Counted from the first letter of the stretch, positions 10,731 through 22,938 are shown. The stretch is DNA of 64,000 bases from Gammaproteobacteria bacterium (GCA_965238225.1 OZ250183.1:1056001-1120000); one strand, 5' to 3'. Program-made: numbers and translations. The notes: generated by a model from the letters alone, not told the origin.

Positions 10731-10739
10731 ATTATAGCA
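10731..10739 (-). promoter_or_regulatory. Extended -10 promoter for S49 peptidase
   Basis: TGCTATAAT about 47 nt upstream of the start codon. Confidence 0.45.
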
Positions 10740-10819
10740 AATACCCGTGCAATGTATGTCTATACAAGCCCAGATAGTTCGGTACGAGGTGCTGGTGAAG
10801 TGTGACAGCTCAAGATACG

Positions 10820-11770
10820 CTATGACAATCTATCTAGACATTGTTGAAGTTCATTGGGTAGCTGTGTTGTAAGACTAATCTGTTTTCCTGTATTGGGCAT
10901 CTCAAAAGACAATTTTTCTGCATGCAGAAATAATCTTTTGAGTCCTGATTTTTTCATTGTACGATTAAATTCCCAATCACCATATTTCTCATCACCAGCC
11001 AGTGGATGGTTAATAGCTACAGCATGCACTCTTATCTGGTGTGTTCTTCCGGTCATGAGTTCAACTCGAGAAAGTGAGGCAGTATTAAAACCTTCCAATA
11101 AATGAAAATGTGTTAATGCCCGTTTTCCTGCCTTATCAATTCTGACTTTTCTATTGTCTGATGCTGTCTCTTTTTTACTCAAAGACAAAGAGACTGTTTC
11201 TAATCTATTCATCAATCGTCCTTTCAAAAGGGCAAGATAGGTTTTTTTTACTTTGCCATTCTTCAAAGCGCCATGTATCCCTGTAAGGGTTTGGCGATCT
11301 TTTGCAATGAGCAGGCAGCCAGATGTGGCTCTATCCAAACGGTGTGCCAGCTCAAGAAAATTGGCCGCAGGTCTTTGCCAGCGCAGAATTTCAATTACTC
11401 CATATTGCACGTTACTGCCACTATGCACCGCTATATTTGTGGGTTTATTGACGACAAGAAGATGATCATCTTCGTAAATGATACTATTTTTGATTAACCG
11501 AGACAGATTTTCCGGCGGTTTATAAGGATTTTCACGGGAGCTTATGTGTGCAGGGGGAATTCTAACCATATCCCCAGTCTGCAGGCGATAATTTTGCTTA
11601 ATCCTGCCTTTATTGACCCGCACCTCGCCTTTTCTTATCATTTGATAGATTCTAGACCTAGGAAGACTGCCAAAATGGCTTATAAGGAAGTTATCCAGCC
11701 GCCTTTTGATCTGTTCTTCTTCCACTGTGATGAAGGAAACCTGCCGTTGTTCAATTTTTTTTGCCATCAT
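10820..11770 (-). CDS. rluC: 23S rRNA pseudouridine synthase RluC
   Basis: S4 domain RLDNFL, HRLDRATSG, TGRTHQIRVH; divergent from rne. Confidence 0.95.
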   Translation of the reverse strand: MMAKKIEQRQVSFITVEEEQIKRRLDNFLISHFGSLPRSRIYQMIRKGEVRVNKGRIKQNYRLQTGDMVRIPPAHISSRENPYKPPENLSRLIKNSIIYEDDHLLVVNKPTNIAVHSGSNVQYGVIEILRWQRPAANFLELAHRLDRATSGCLLIAKDRQTLTGIHGALKNGKVKKTYLALLKGRLMNRLETVSLSLSKKETASDNRKVRIDKAGKRALTHFHLLEGFNTASLSRVELMTGRTHQIRVHAVAINHPLAGDEKYGDWEFNRTMKKSGLKRLFLHAEKLSFEMPNTGKQISLTTQLPNELQQCLDRLS

Positions 11771-11799
11771 AATTGCAGGAGTATATCAACATTGTTATA

Positions 11800-12239
11800 T
11801 TAGTCTCTGGAATACGGATATTTTCGGATATTTGACGACGACAAACGACACAAGCTGATGTTGTGAAGCCGGCAGCGACGGTGACGGTGACGGTGATGGC
11901 AGATGAAGCACAATTTCTGTCTCCCCACCTCTTCATGGTCAGTGAATGCCTGCGAGATATTCAGGCCATGCAAATGGCTGAAATATTCCTGAAGAACAGA
12001 GGGTTTTGATGTAGTTACTAACATACTAGATTAATAGCGAATGAAAATTAAGTGACGGAACAGATCCTCGTAACATAAACGGTTTAATTATCACTCAAGT
12101 GGATGTAAATGAGTGGTAAAGGCGCTCCCGATAGCCCAACAGATGTTTGCTGATAGAACATTTGTTATCTCAGGATGTTCAAGATATATTTTTGTCTGGG
12201 TACGGCTAGTGGTAGAGCGCACGCATTAAGGAATACAAA
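11800..12239 (+). promoter_or_regulatory. Long structured rne 5' leader
   Basis: 469-nt rluC-rne spacer with GCAA-tetraloop hairpin at 11957-11985 and nested pairings at 12122-12220 next to the RBS. Confidence 0.55.
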
Positions 12240-14360
12240 ATGAAAAGAATGCTGATTAACGCAACTCAGCCCGAAGAGATGCGTGTGGCGCTGGTTGATG
12301 GTCAAAAACTGTACGATCTGGATATTGAATCTACCAGTCAAACCCGAAAGAAATCTAATGTATACAAAGGTCGTGTGGTTCGTGTTGAGCCGAGTTTAGA
12401 AGCTGCTTTTGTTGACTATGGCGGCAATCGTCATGGTTTTTTACCGTTCAAAGAAATTTCCCGCAACCTGTTCAAAAAGAAGCCTGAATCTGAACGGCGA
12501 GGTCGCGCCAATATCAAAGATGTGATTGACGAAGGCCAAGAATTTATCGTTCAGATTGAAAAGGAAGAACGTAGCAATAAGGGAGCCGCCCTAACGACAA
12601 TGATTAGTCTGGCTGGTCGATATATGGTGCTCATGCCAAACAACCCTCGTGCAGGTGGCATTTCACGCCAAATTGAAGGGGCAGACCGTGCTGAAGCACG
12701 TGAAGTCATGGACGAGCTCAATATTCCGCAAAACATAGCAATTATCCTCAGAACGGCGGGTATTGGTAAATCCAAAGAAGACTTACAATGGGATACCGAC
12801 TATCTAATCACTTTATGGGAAGCCATCACAAAAGCAGAAAATGAACGCCCTGCCCCATTTCTGATATACCAGGAAAGTGAGATAATTATTCGTGCAATTC
12901 GAGACTATCTGCGTACCGATATCGCAGAAATCTGGGTAGACGATAAAAAAGTTTATCAGCGTGGCAAAGAGTTTATGGAACAGGTCATGCCCCACAATCT
13001 TCATAAACTTAAATTGTATGAGGAAGAAAATGATCCGCTGTTCACAAGATATCAAATTGAAAGTCAAATCGAATCAGCATTCTCCAGAGAAGTGCATTTA
13101 CCTTCCGGGGGTTCATTGGTTATTGACCACACAGAAGCCATGCTAAGTATTGATATTAACTCAGCACGTGCAACCAAAGGCGGCGACATTCAGGAGACTG
13201 CACTCAATACAAATTTAGAGGCCGCCGATGAGATTGCCAGACAACTAAGATTACGTGATTTAGGTGGGCTCATCGTCATTGATTTCATCGACATGATGGC
13301 TAGCAAAAATCAACGAGAAGTAGAAAGTCTCATGAAAGATAGTTTACGTCTCGATCGTGCAAGAGTCCAAATAGGCAAGATATCCCGATTCGGATTATTA
13401 GAGATGTCACGACAAAGATTGCGTCCTTCTTTAGGGGAATCTCGTCATTTGCCCTGCCCTAGATGTCAAGGTCAAGGATCTATTCGGGATATTGAATCTC
13501 TTTCTTTAGCTATTTTAAGAATTATTGAAGAAGAAGCCATGAAGGATTCAACAGCCAAGGTTATTGTTAACTTGCCCGTGTCAGCAGCAACGTTCCTTTT
13601 GAATGAAAAACGTCAACCGATCAATGAATTACAACAAAGACTTGATGTTGATATTGTCATCATCCCATCTCCTGTGATGGAGACACCTCAATATCAGGTG
13701 TCAAGAGTGCCTTTATCAAAAGCCAATGAAGTACAACATCAACAAGCGAGCTATAACCTTATTGATGAGACAGGCAATGTAGATTTAAAGGGTCACGATC
13801 TGCGCACACATACGACGATTATTGAACAACCTGTTGTCCAAAAAATTATCCCTGAAAATTATACTGTTACCCAAAATAAAGCTATGAAAAGTTCAGGGCT
13901 TATTGCAAGAATAATTAAACGTTTATTTGGCTCATTCAAAAAAGAAACTGAAAAACCTAGAAATAGCAGCAGAAATCATTATTCTTCAAATCGCAATCGC
14001 AACAATAGAAACAGGACAAACCAGCATAATCATTCTGGAAACCGTCAACGCAACAATACCGACAGAAGAGCCAAACAGACAGAAAGATCGACTAACAATA
14101 CAAAAAGATCGACTAACAATACAAATACTGCTAAAAAAACCCATGCGGACAATTCAGCCAATCTGGCTGGTAGCGATACGGCAAACCCAAATGCGGGTTC
14201 ATCTCGCCGCGGAAGAAGGGGTGGGCGCAACAGACGTCCTCGTAACACAGAACAGGATCAAAAACAGAAAAAAACTCAAGAACAAGATGTAGTCTCTGCT
14301 ACTCAAGCTGAGTCAAAACCTGAATCATCAACAACAAGCGATATCAAAAATGATTCATAA
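12240..14360 (+). CDS. rne: Ribonuclease E with short C-terminal scaffold
   Basis: [14 protein letters not shown]1 domain, [12 protein letters not shown] Zn-link, amphipathic [12 protein letters not shown] helix, Arg/Asn-rich tail. Confidence 0.97.
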   Translation: MKRMLINATQPEEMRVALVDGQKLYDLDIESTSQTRKKSNVYKGRVVRVEPSLEAAFVDYGGNRHGFLPFKEISRNLFKKKPESERRGRANIKDVIDEGQEFIVQIEKEERSNKGAALTTMISLAGRYMVLMPNNPRAGGISRQIEGADRAEAREVMDELNIPQNIAIILRTAGIGKSKEDLQWDTDYLITLWEAITKAENERPAPFLIYQESEIIIRAIRDYLRTDIAEIWVDDKKVYQRGKEFMEQVMPHNLHKLKLYEEENDPLFTRYQIESQIESAFSREVHLPSGGSLVIDHTEAMLSIDINSARATKGGDIQETALNTNLEAADEIARQLRLRDLGGLIVIDFIDMMASKNQREVESLMKDSLRLDRARVQIGKISRFGLLEMSRQRLRPSLGESRHLPCPRCQGQGSIRDIESLSLAILRIIEEEAMKDSTAKVIVNLPVSAATFLLNEKRQPINELQQRLDVDIVIIPSPVMETPQYQVSRVPLSKANEVQHQQASYNLIDETGNVDLKGHDLRTHTTIIEQPVVQKIIPENYTVTQNKAMKSSGLIARIIKRLFGSFKKETEKPRNSSRNHYSSNRNRNNRNRTNQHNHSGNRQRNNTDRRAKQTERSTNNTKRSTNNTNTAKKTHADNSANLAGSDTANPNAGSSRRGRRGGRNRRPRNTEQDQKQKKTQEQDVVSATQAESKPESSTTSDIKNDS

Positions 14361-14361
14361 C

Positions 14362-14652
14362 TTTGCCAATGGAGACAAATACGTTGGTGAATACAAGGAT
14401 GGCAAACCGCACGGACAAGGTACCTTAACCTCAGCCGATGGAGGAGTGCTTCAAAAAGGGATATTTGAAAATGATAAATTTCTTTAAGTCAAAAAAACTA
14501 CACCCACAGTTATTGCTAAGAAATCGCATAAGCCTGATTCAGTAATCATCAGGTTCAGTTTTTTTATCTCTAAGCTAGGTCATGTCATCACCAATCAACA
14601 CATTGTCAGTGATTACGGAAAGGTAACGGTGGGAGATCATTTAAAGTTTTGA
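14362..14652 (+). pseudogene. Fragment of a MORN-repeat / trypsin-like serine protease gene
   Basis: One frame: FANGDKYVGEYKDGKPHGQGTLTSADG..KGIFENDKFL* then FFISKLGHVITNQHIV; no start codon, internal TAA at 14485. Confidence 0.75.
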
Positions 14653-14733
14653 TTCAATAGGCTATAGACCAAGCTTGTTGTATCAAACCGACGAAGAGCC
14701 AAGTCGTTTTCTTTCACTGTTAACAGGACAATG
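14646..14733 (-). mobile_element. Isolated IS4-family left-end remnant
   Basis: Close match to 37421-37510 (shared TTGTATCAAACCGACGAAGAGCCAAGTCGTTT), which is the upstream end of the IS4 transposase fragment. Confidence 0.7.
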
Positions 14734-14757
14734 GAAGAATCACAATCTAAGGCGATA

Positions 14758-16344
14758 CTACTGGTTAGCGGTCTGTTCACACGTTACCGTAAATTCTATT
14801 TTTGGCCAGCGTTCAATGACAAGATTCAAGTTCACCATAGATGGTGCAATGTAAGCCAATCGATTACCTCCATCCATGGCTAGATTTGATGAGGTTTTAT
14901 TTTTAAATTTTAGTAAAATTTTTTCATCATCACAGAATATCCATCTGGCAGTTACCGCGGGTATATGATGGTAAACACAGTCGACACCGTATTCCTGTTT
15001 CAGGCGTGCCGCTATCACATCAAACTGTAAAATACCGATAGCGCCAACAATCAGATCGTTATTATCTAATGGTCTGAATACTTGCGTTGCACCTTCCTCA
15101 CCTAACTGAATTAGACCTTTAAGTAAAGCTTTGGCTTTAAGAGGATCTTTGAGTTCAACCCGACGAAACAATTCAGGTGCGAAAAACGGAATGCCCTTGA
15201 AGGATAAAGACTCACCTTCAGTAAAGGTATCGCCAATCTGAATCGTGCCATGATTATGTAAACCAATAATGTCACCAGCCCATGCATTATCTGTCTGGCT
15301 TCGACTTCCAGCTACAAAGGTTAAGGCATTGGATACTCGTATGTCTTGCCCTATTCTGACGTGTCTCATCTTCATGCCTTTTTGATATTGGCCTGAACAT
15401 ATTCTTAAAAATGCAATCCTGTCTCGATGTGCCGGATCCATATTTGCCTGTATCTTGAAAACAAAGCCGCTCAGCTTCTTTTCATCAGCTTTTACCTTTC
15501 TTTGAATTGCGACCCTTGCCTGAGGCGCTGGCGAATGCTTCATTAAACAATCGAGAAACTCGGCAATACCAAAATTATTCAAAGCTGATCCGAAAAAAAC
15601 CGGGGTTTGTTTGCCTCGCAAAAAAACCTCAAGATTAAATTCTTCAGACAAACCACGAACCAATTCAATTTCTTCCTTAAAATCGTCAATATCTGTAGAT
15701 AATAATTCTTCAGTTTCTTTAGAATCCAGACCATTAACAATCTTCCCGTGTATGTTTTCATTTCGTTTATTATAGATACGAATATAGTCGTCATTAAGAT
15801 GATAAATTCCTTTGATACGATTACCCATGCCTGTTGGCCAGGTTATTGGCGCACATCTAATCTTGAGTTCACTTTCTATCTCATCCAGTAATGTAATTGG
15901 ATCTTTACCTTCCCTGTCTATTTTATTCACGAAGGTAATGATTGGCGTGTTGCGCAGACGACATACATCCATTAATTTACGCGTGCGTTCTTCAACACCT
16001 TTACTGACATCAATCACCATCAAAACAGAATCAACTGCCGTTAATGTTCTGTAAGTATCTTCAGAAAAATCGGCGTGCCCCGGGGTATCCAGTAAATTTA
16101 TAATATGATTATCATATTCAAACTGCATAACAGAGCTGGTGATAGAGATACCTCTTTCTTTTTCCATTTCCATCCAGTCGGAAGTTGCATATCTTGATGA
16201 TTTTCTAGCCTTTACTGTACCTGTTTCCTGTATCACACCGCCACACAATAGGATTTGTTCAGTAATTGTTGTCTTCCCTGCATCTGGGTGAGAAATAATG
16301 GCAAATGTACGGCGCTTGGAGACTTCTGAATGTAAATTACTCAT
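14758..16344 (-). CDS. prfC: Peptide chain release factor 3
   Basis: [38 protein letters not shown]. Confidence 0.98.
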   Translation of the reverse strand: MSNLHSEVSKRRTFAIISHPDAGKTTITEQILLCGGVIQETGTVKARKSSRYATSDWMEMEKERGISITSSVMQFEYDNHIINLLDTPGHADFSEDTYRTLTAVDSVLMVIDVSKGVEERTRKLMDVCRLRNTPIITFVNKIDREGKDPITLLDEIESELKIRCAPITWPTGMGNRIKGIYHLNDDYIRIYNKRNENIHGKIVNGLDSKETEELLSTDIDDFKEEIELVRGLSEEFNLEVFLRGKQTPVFFGSALNNFGIAEFLDCLMKHSPAPQARVAIQRKVKADEKKLSGFVFKIQANMDPAHRDRIAFLRICSGQYQKGMKMRHVRIGQDIRVSNALTFVAGSRSQTDNAWAGDIIGLHNHGTIQIGDTFTEGESLSFKGIPFFAPELFRRVELKDPLKAKALLKGLIQLGEEGATQVFRPLDNNDLIVGAIGILQFDVIAARLKQEYGVDCVYHHIPAVTARWIFCDDEKILLKFKNKTSSNLAMDGGNRLAYIAPSMVNLNLVIERWPKIEFTVTCEQTANQ

Positions 16345-16360
16345 AGCGTGTTATGCGTTA

Positions 16361-17077
16361 CTATGCGCTTGATTCACAGATGATGGTTTTTATTTCTCTG
16401 ATAGCTGCGTCTAGACCGGCAAACACTGCTCTTGCAATAATTCCATGACCTATATTTAATTCGTCAATATCTGAAATTTGAGCAATCTGCCCCACGTTTT
16501 GGTAATTTAAACCATGCCCTGCGTTTACTTTGAGCCCTAAAGACTTTGCCAAATTAACGCCCGATATGATTTTTGCCAATTCAGTTTCGTCAGCAAGGGC
16601 AGCATCCGCAAAATGACCTGTGTGAAGTTCTATAACTTCTGCGCCAGAATCTCTGGACGCAGAGATTTGTTTATCATCTGCATCGATAAATAACGATGCG
16701 CGTACTCCAGCCTTTTTTAATCTTGCGCAGGCTACAGCCACTTTATCTATTTGCCCAGCTACGTCCAAACCGCCCTCGGTAGTAAGCTCTTCTCTATTTT
16801 CAGGAACCAGACAACAAAACTCTGGTTTGATACGCTCTGCAAATGACAACATCTTCTCAGTTATCGCCATTTCTAAATTCATTGGGGTCAGCATAATCTG
16901 GCGCAGTAAATCAATATCTCGTTCTTGAATATGTCTTCTGTCTTCTCGTAAATGTACCGTAATGGAATCTGCGCCGGCCTGCTCTGCAATTTGAGCGGCA
17001 AATACGGGATCGGGGTAGCGCGTTAGCCGCGCTTGCCTAAGCGTAGCAATATGGTCAATGTTCACACCTAATAACAT
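16361..17077 (-). CDS. pdxJ: Pyridoxine 5'-phosphate synthase
   Basis: [33 protein letters not shown]. Confidence 0.98.
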   Translation of the reverse strand: MLLGVNIDHIATLRQARLTRYPDPVFAAQIAEQAGADSITVHLREDRRHIQERDIDLLRQIMLTPMNLEMAITEKMLSFAERIKPEFCCLVPENREELTTEGGLDVAGQIDKVAVACARLKKAGVRASLFIDADDKQISASRDSGAEVIELHTGHFADAALADETELAKIISGVNLAKSLGLKVNAGHGLNYQNVGQIAQISDIDELNIGHGIIARAVFAGLDAAIREIKTIICESSA

Positions 17078-17232
17078 ATTTTTCGCCTGTCTTTACCTAT
17101 CCTATTCGCGCCCTATTCGCGATGAAAATGGCACATTTTAGCGTATTCACGGAAAGAGTTTGCAACAGAAACAGAGATTTATCATCTTGCTGTAAAATAT
17201 GATGTTAAGCATGGCGTTAAATAGGTAAATTT

Positions 17233-17949
17233 TCATATAGCTTTACATAAGTAAGCCTTGTATAAGGCTCTACTGGCCAAGGGTTTAGTGCCCAGATGAT
17301 GTTGCAGTATAAAACGCATCAGTTTTTTTGCCTCTTCTGATTCTGATTTATTCTTCAATACTACTTTCTCCAAGGCTAACAAGCTATTGCCTGTAATTTC
17401 GATATAGTTTCCTGTTGGAGGGGTATTTTTCATTGGTCCTGAGCCGATAAGGTAATAATATTTTTCATCTGCTTTGACAGTATGGTTATTACTAACATCA
17501 TGATCCAGCACCAGTCCGTAACCAAGCGCCTTGAGCAAGCCTTTTTCAAATAATCTAAGAACTGTATCAATGTTTTTTTCAGAAGAGAGGCAGGACATGG
17601 TTTTATTATATAAGTCAAATAACTCAGGATGTGATTCATGCTTATGTAATAACCGAACTAACAATTCGTTCACATAGAAGCCTGCAATAACTTTTGCATC
17701 TGATAAATCATATGGCTCGATATCTACTTCGACATCTATCAAAGTCATTAGCTCGCTTTTTCCTCGCCATGCCATTAATAATCTCTGGTAAGGTTGCAAG
17801 AGTCCGGAAAAGTGAGATTTTTCCCGTTTCGCACCTTTTGCTATTATGTTCAACCTGCCATATTTCATGGAGAAAATATCCAGTATTAAGCTGGACTCAA
17901 GGTAAGACCTAGAGTGAAGGATAAAGCAGGGGGTTAATTCTACATGCAT
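17233..17949 (-). CDS. recO: DNA repair protein RecO
   Basis: FILHSRSYLESSLI, GFYVNELL, KPLASR; follows era; likely start MHVEL at 17949. Confidence 0.94.
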   Translation of the reverse strand: MHVELTPCFILHSRSYLESSLILDIFSMKYGRLNIIAKGAKREKSHFSGLLQPYQRLLMAWRGKSELMTLIDVEVDIEPYDLSDAKVIAGFYVNELLVRLLHKHESHPELFDLYNKTMSCLSSEKNIDTVLRLFEKGLLKALGYGLVLDHDVSNNHTVKADEKYYYLIGSGPMKNTPPTGNYIEITGNSLLALEKVVLKNKSESEEAKKLMRFILQHHLGTKPLASRALYKAYLCKAI

Positions 17950-17959
17950 AAATATGGTT

Positions 17960-18871
17960 TCAAGAATTGAAGCCAAGCTGTTTTATGTCCAGTTCACTGT
18001 CTACCCACTTAACCTTGATCTTGACCCATACCCTTAAAAAAACCTTATTTTCAAACATTCGCTCCATATCCTTACGCGCCCGTTCCCCAACAGCCTTTAA
18101 GCCTGCACCTTTTTGACCAATGACTATCGTTTTTTGACCTTTGCTTGCAACCCAGATAATTGCATCAATATTAATTATTTCTTCTTTTTCAGTAAATGAA
18201 TCAATGGTAACCGTTGTTGTATAGGGCAGCTCTTTGCCTAATCTTTTTATTAATTTTTCACGGATAAATTCTGCTGCAAAATATCGTTTAGGTTTGTCTG
18301 TTATTTGATTATCTGGGTATTGAAATACCCCGGCAGGTAATAATTCTTTTATAGATTGTTCTAAGGATTTCAGATCTTTTTTAGATAATGCAGAGATAGG
18401 AATGATCTGTTTAAAATTCATCTTTTCCGAAAGCTCTTTTAAGAAAGGTAGCATTATTTTTTTATCTTTAATTTTATCTATTTTATTTACTGTCAGAATA
18501 ACTGGGGTAGTTTTATTTTTAATCAAATCTAATATATATTCATCAAGCGCAGTCCATTTTAATATTTCAATCATGTGCACCAAAATATCAACACCAGTTA
18601 ATGCATTTGTTGCCTCTTTATTCATATATCTATTTATGGCATTTGTTGGTGAGGTTTGCAGCCCCGGGGTATCGATATAAATAATCTGACAATTCTTGTT
18701 TGTGTTCACGCCAATTGTACGGTGTCTGGTTGTTTGCGGTTTTCTTGAGGTGATGCTCAGTTTTTCCCCGATCAAATGATTTAGCAATGTCGATTTACCG
18801 ACATTTGGGCGACCAAGAATGGTTACAGAACCGCAATAAGTTTGATTGTTTTTTAAATTTTTTTTCTGCAA
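17960..18871 (-). CDS. era: GTPase Era
   Basis: GRPNVGKST, KPQTTR, DTPG, NKID, KH domain. Confidence 0.97.
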   Translation of the reverse strand: MQKKNLKNNQTYCGSVTILGRPNVGKSTLLNHLIGEKLSITSRKPQTTRHRTIGVNTNKNCQIIYIDTPGLQTSPTNAINRYMNKEATNALTGVDILVHMIEILKWTALDEYILDLIKNKTTPVILTVNKIDKIKDKKIMLPFLKELSEKMNFKQIIPISALSKKDLKSLEQSIKELLPAGVFQYPDNQITDKPKRYFAAEFIREKLIKRLGKELPYTTTVTIDSFTEKEEIINIDAIIWVASKGQKTIVIGQKGAGLKAVGERARKDMERMFENKVFLRVWVKIKVKWVDSELDIKQLGFNS

Positions 18872-18886
18872 AATTTTTACTGCGTA

Positions 18887-19570
18887 TTATTTTAATTTAT
18901 TTTCTAAAACAAGTAAGGCTTGCTCAGCAGCAGATTGCTCGGCTAGACGTTTACTGCGACCTTCAGCTTGCACTGAAACAGCTAGTTCTGCGATCGTACA
19001 TGTGACGTTAAAAAGCCGATTATGCGCATCACCACTTTCTAATGATACGCGGTAAACAGGCAATTCTAATTTTCTCGACTGTAATAATTCTTGCAGAGTG
19101 GTTTTTGAATCTTTGCTGAGTTTGTCGAGAGACATTTCCAGAAGTAATTGGCGATAGAGATAAATCACGCATTTTTGACAAATACTCATATCGGCATCAA
19201 GGTAAACTGCGCCAATTATTGCTTCAAACGTATTTGCAAGAATTGAATTGCGGCGCCAGCCACCGCTTTTCATTTCCCCTAAACCAAGCTTAATGTAGTT
19301 ACCAAGATCCAGTTCTCGTCCTAATTTTGCCAGCGTTTCTCCTTTAACTAAAAAAGATCTAAGGCGAGTCAGTTCGCCTTCTGTTGCCTGGGGGAATTTC
19401 TGAAATATCGTATCTGCAATAATGAAGCCTAAGACGGCATCACCAAGATACTCAAGCCGCTCATTATTGCCACGACCGTGACTACGATGCGTCAATGCGG
19501 TTTCTAACAGTATCTCATCATGAAATTTATAATCAATTATTTTTTCTAGCTTAGATAAGGGTTCATTCAT
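18887..19570 (-). CDS. rnc: Ribonuclease III
   Basis: NERLEYLGDAVL signature and dsRBD KTTLQELLQ. Confidence 0.97.
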   Translation of the reverse strand: MNEPLSKLEKIIDYKFHDEILLETALTHRSHGRGNNERLEYLGDAVLGFIIADTIFQKFPQATEGELTRLRSFLVKGETLAKLGRELDLGNYIKLGLGEMKSGGWRRNSILANTFEAIIGAVYLDADMSICQKCVIYLYRQLLLEMSLDKLSKDSKTTLQELLQSRKLELPVYRVSLESGDAHNRLFNVTCTIAELAVSVQAEGRSKRLAEQSAAEQALLVLENKLK

Positions 19571-19986
19571 CCAGAATCTGTTCTACCTAGTTCAACCTTA
19601 TGATCAAAAGGAAGTGTAAAATATAAATCTTTATAAAATAGCTTCCTTCCTTCATAAGCAACACGCAAATATCTTTTGCCTTTTCTTGTTTTTTTTGTGA
19701 CTTTAACCAATTTTTTAAGAGATTTTTCATTGCTAAAACGTTTATAACTTGAAGATATTTCTATATTTCTTCTGAAGTAGGTTCGTATTTGTTTTTTAGA
19801 CATCAACCCGGTATCAGGCATGGTCGCAACGGTTTGCATTGCTGCAAGAACTATAAGCTTTTCCCCGTATAAAGGAACAACCTTTATTCCTGTAAAAACA
19901 AATATTGCCAAGGAGCACAATGCAAAAAGCCAAGCCAGCATACCCATGCCATGCTGTTTATTTTTCATATTTTTCATATTTTTCAT
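19567..19986 (-). CDS. DUF4845-type membrane-anchored protein
   Basis: Pilin-like KQHG leader, hydrophobic helix, K-V-P-Y motif; typical lepB-rnc position. Confidence 0.75.
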   Translation of the reverse strand: MKNMKNMKNKQHGMGMLAWLFALCSLAIFVFTGIKVVPLYGEKLIVLAAMQTVATMPDTGLMSKKQIRTYFRRNIEISSSYKRFSNEKSLKKLVKVTKKTRKGKRYLRVAYEGRKLFYKDLYFTLPFDHKVELGRTDSG

Positions 19987-20006
19987 TAATGCTGCTTAAT
20001 TGTTAA

Positions 20007-20795
20007 TTAGTTGTGGTCAATCATTTTTCCAATCCTGTTCCAGTCTATACCGCCATTTCTACTGTCCCAATTCATCCAAATCATAAATGCGCGGCCAACG
20101 AGATTCTTGTCCGGAACATAACCCCAATAACGACTGTCTTTACTGTTATCACGATTATCGCCAAGAACTAAATAATGCCCTTTTGGGACGACACCTTCAA
20201 CATGCTGCGATGGCCTGCTTGGCGCACGTAGAATTTCATATTTTGCGTCGCCCAGTAATTCTCTGCTCAATATTGCTCCATCCATCATTACCCCTGACCC
20301 CACGGCTCCGTAAGTACCTATATCTAATTGCTGGATCGGTTTGTTGTTTATATACAATACCTTATTCTGATATTTAAATATATCATCAGGCAGCCCGACA
20401 ACCCGTTTGATAAAAGGGATGCTCGGGTCAATGGGATAGCGAAAAACAACAATATCTCCACGCTTCGGAGTTCTATTCTCAATAACCTTTATATTGAGCA
20501 TAGGTAAGCGAATACCGTAATCATACTTATTTACCAAAATAAAATCACCTATTAACAGTGTTGGCATCATGGATGCAGAAGGAATCTTAAAAGGTTCTAC
20601 GACAAATGAACGCAATATTAAAACAATGAGAAATACAGGGAAAAAAGACTTAGAAAAATCAACAATGGCGGGTAAAACCAACCTGCCATTATCATCCCTG
20701 TTATTTTTATCAGCAAAAAAAAGTACGCCAAGTAGCCAAACAAGGCCGCTAATCAATGTTAAAACAACCAAAACAGATGAAAAATCTATATTCAT
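20007..20795 (-). CDS. lepB: Signal peptidase I
   Basis: [35 protein letters not shown]. Confidence 0.97.
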   Translation of the reverse strand: MNIDFSSVLVVLTLISGLVWLLGVLFFADKNNRDDNGRLVLPAIVDFSKSFFPVFLIVLILRSFVVEPFKIPSASMMPTLLIGDFILVNKYDYGIRLPMLNIKVIENRTPKRGDIVVFRYPIDPSIPFIKRVVGLPDDIFKYQNKVLYINNKPIQQLDIGTYGAVGSGVMMDGAILSRELLGDAKYEILRAPSRPSQHVEGVVPKGHYLVLGDNRDNSKDSRYWGYVPDKNLVGRAFMIWMNWDSRNGGIDWNRIGKMIDHN

Positions 20796-22588
20796 TTATC
20801 TTTACCTATGTGCAGTATGGCCATAAAAGCATTCTGTGGAATCTCTACAGAGCCAAATCGTTTCATCCGTTTCTTGCCTGCTTTTTGTTTTTCCAATAAT
20901 TTGCGTTTGCGACTAATGTCACCGCCATAGCATTTTGCTGTCACATTTTTTCGCAATGCTTTTACAGAGTGCCTTGATAGAATTTTTGACCCAATTGCAG
21001 CTTGAACAGCGACATCAAACATTTGCCTAGGAATAAATTCTTTAATTTTAGCTGTTAGCTCATGTCCTTTATTTCGAGATCGCTCTTGATGCGTAATAAT
21101 AGAAAGTGCATCCACTCGGTCACCGTTAATTAATATATCCAATTTCACCAATGAGGATGCTTCAAATCTCACAAAATGATAATCAAAAGAAGCATAGCCT
21201 CGGCTTGCTGATTTAAGACGATCAAAAAAATCAAGAACAACCTCGCTCATAGGCAACTCAAAATTTAATGAAATTTGATTACCGAGATACTGTAATTTCT
21301 TTTGTACGCCACGTTTTTCGATACACAATGAAATGACATTGCCTAAATAATCCTGTGGCACAAGAATATCAGCGCAAATAATTGGTTCACGGATCTCCTT
21401 AATTTTATCTGCAGGAGGTAGTTTTGCAGGATTATCAACCGTAATTATCTCTCCATTGGTAGTTTCAATCTCATAAATTACCGTTGGTGCAGTAGTAATT
21501 AAACTCAAATCATATTCACGTTCAAGTCGTTCCTGAATAATTTCAAGGTGCAACATCCCTAAAAAACCGCAACGAAAACCAAAACCCAGCGCCTGAGATG
21601 TTTCAGGTTCAAAACGAAGTGCCGCATCGTTTAATTTTAATTTAGTCAAAGCTTCGCGAAAAGCTCCATAATCATTGGAATCAACAGGATACATACCTGC
21701 AAAAACCTTAGGTTTTATTTCCTCAAACCCCAGTAACACCTCTGATGCGGGGTTTTCTGCCAACGTTAAGGTATCGCCAACAGGCGCACCCTCAAGATCT
21801 TTAATGTTGGAAATTACATAGCCAATTTCACCGGTATTCAATACTGTCTGAGCGCACCGTTTCGGTGTAAACACGCCAACTTCATCAATCAAATGATCTC
21901 TGCCTGTACTCATCACGCGTATTTTTTTTCCTGTCGGAAGACAACCATCAACGATTCTTACAAGTGAAATGATGCCTCTATAATTATCAAACCAGGAATC
22001 AATAATCAATGCCCGAAGCGGCGCATCTTCCACACCTGATGGTGCAGGAATGAGGTCTATAATTCGCTCAAGCAAATTTTCTACTCCCAGACCAGTTTTG
22101 GCGCTTACTTGCATTGTATCTGTAGTATCAAGACCAATTATTTCTTCAACCTCATTTAACACACGTTTGGGGTCTGAGTATGGAAGGTCAATTTTATTCA
22201 ACACAAGCAATACTTCCAAATCGAGTTCAATGGCGGTCATGCAATTTGCAACGCTCTGCGCCTCAACACCCTGCGTTGCATCTATAACCAGTAATGCGCC
22301 ATCACAAGCAGCAAGAGAGCGCGAGACTTCATAGCTGAAATCTACATGACCCGGCGTATCAACAAAATTTAACTGATAAACCTCTCCATTTTTAGCTTTG
22401 TATTTAAGGGCAACGCTCTGGGATTTTATAGTAATACCGCGTTCACGTTCCAGATCCATAGAATCAAGCACTTGATCAGCCATTTCTCGTTCAGTCAATG
22501 CGCCACAATACTGTATAAACCGATCAGCCAATGTGGATTTGCCGTGATCTATGTGTGCAACGATCGAAAAATTACGAATATTCTGCAT
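20792..22588 (-). CDS. lepA: Elongation factor 4
   Basis: [35 protein letters not shown]. Confidence 0.98.
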   Translation of the reverse strand: MQNIRNFSIVAHIDHGKSTLADRFIQYCGALTEREMADQVLDSMDLERERGITIKSQSVALKYKAKNGEVYQLNFVDTPGHVDFSYEVSRSLAACDGALLVIDATQGVEAQSVANCMTAIELDLEVLLVLNKIDLPYSDPKRVLNEVEEIIGLDTTDTMQVSAKTGLGVENLLERIIDLIPAPSGVEDAPLRALIIDSWFDNYRGIISLVRIVDGCLPTGKKIRVMSTGRDHLIDEVGVFTPKRCAQTVLNTGEIGYVISNIKDLEGAPVGDTLTLAENPASEVLLGFEEIKPKVFAGMYPVDSNDYGAFREALTKLKLNDAALRFEPETSQALGFGFRCGFLGMLHLEIIQERLEREYDLSLITTAPTVIYEIETTNGEIITVDNPAKLPPADKIKEIREPIICADILVPQDYLGNVISLCIEKRGVQKKLQYLGNQISLNFELPMSEVVLDFFDRLKSASRGYASFDYHFVRFEASSLVKLDILINGDRVDALSIITHQERSRNKGHELTAKIKEFIPRQMFDVAVQAAIGSKILSRHSVKALRKNVTAKCYGGDISRKRKLLEKQKAGKKRMKRFGSVEIPQNAFMAILHIGKDK

Positions 22589-22938
22589 TTGCTTATGTCT
22601 TTGACCGATATAAGAGGTGACTCACCATGTAAAAGATGTAGTAATTTTAGATTGCTAAAGGTAGGCAATTTTAGCTTATCCGAAAACTTATATACAGCTA
22701 TGAGTGGCATCAAAGATAAATAATGCAGAAAAAAGAAATTGTTATATTTTTATTGTTTTCTTCAATATATTATTTTCTTTAATTATTATTCTGTTTGTTC
22801 CGAACTAAGCTATAGTCCTGCAAGCCACCTTTATATCACATCCCTCTTAGCTATCAACATCCATAAGAGATAAAGTGCAGAGAATCCATGCCAGCGGTTA
22901 CCCCTCCTGATAAAATTCCAATGAATACTATGTCTTGA

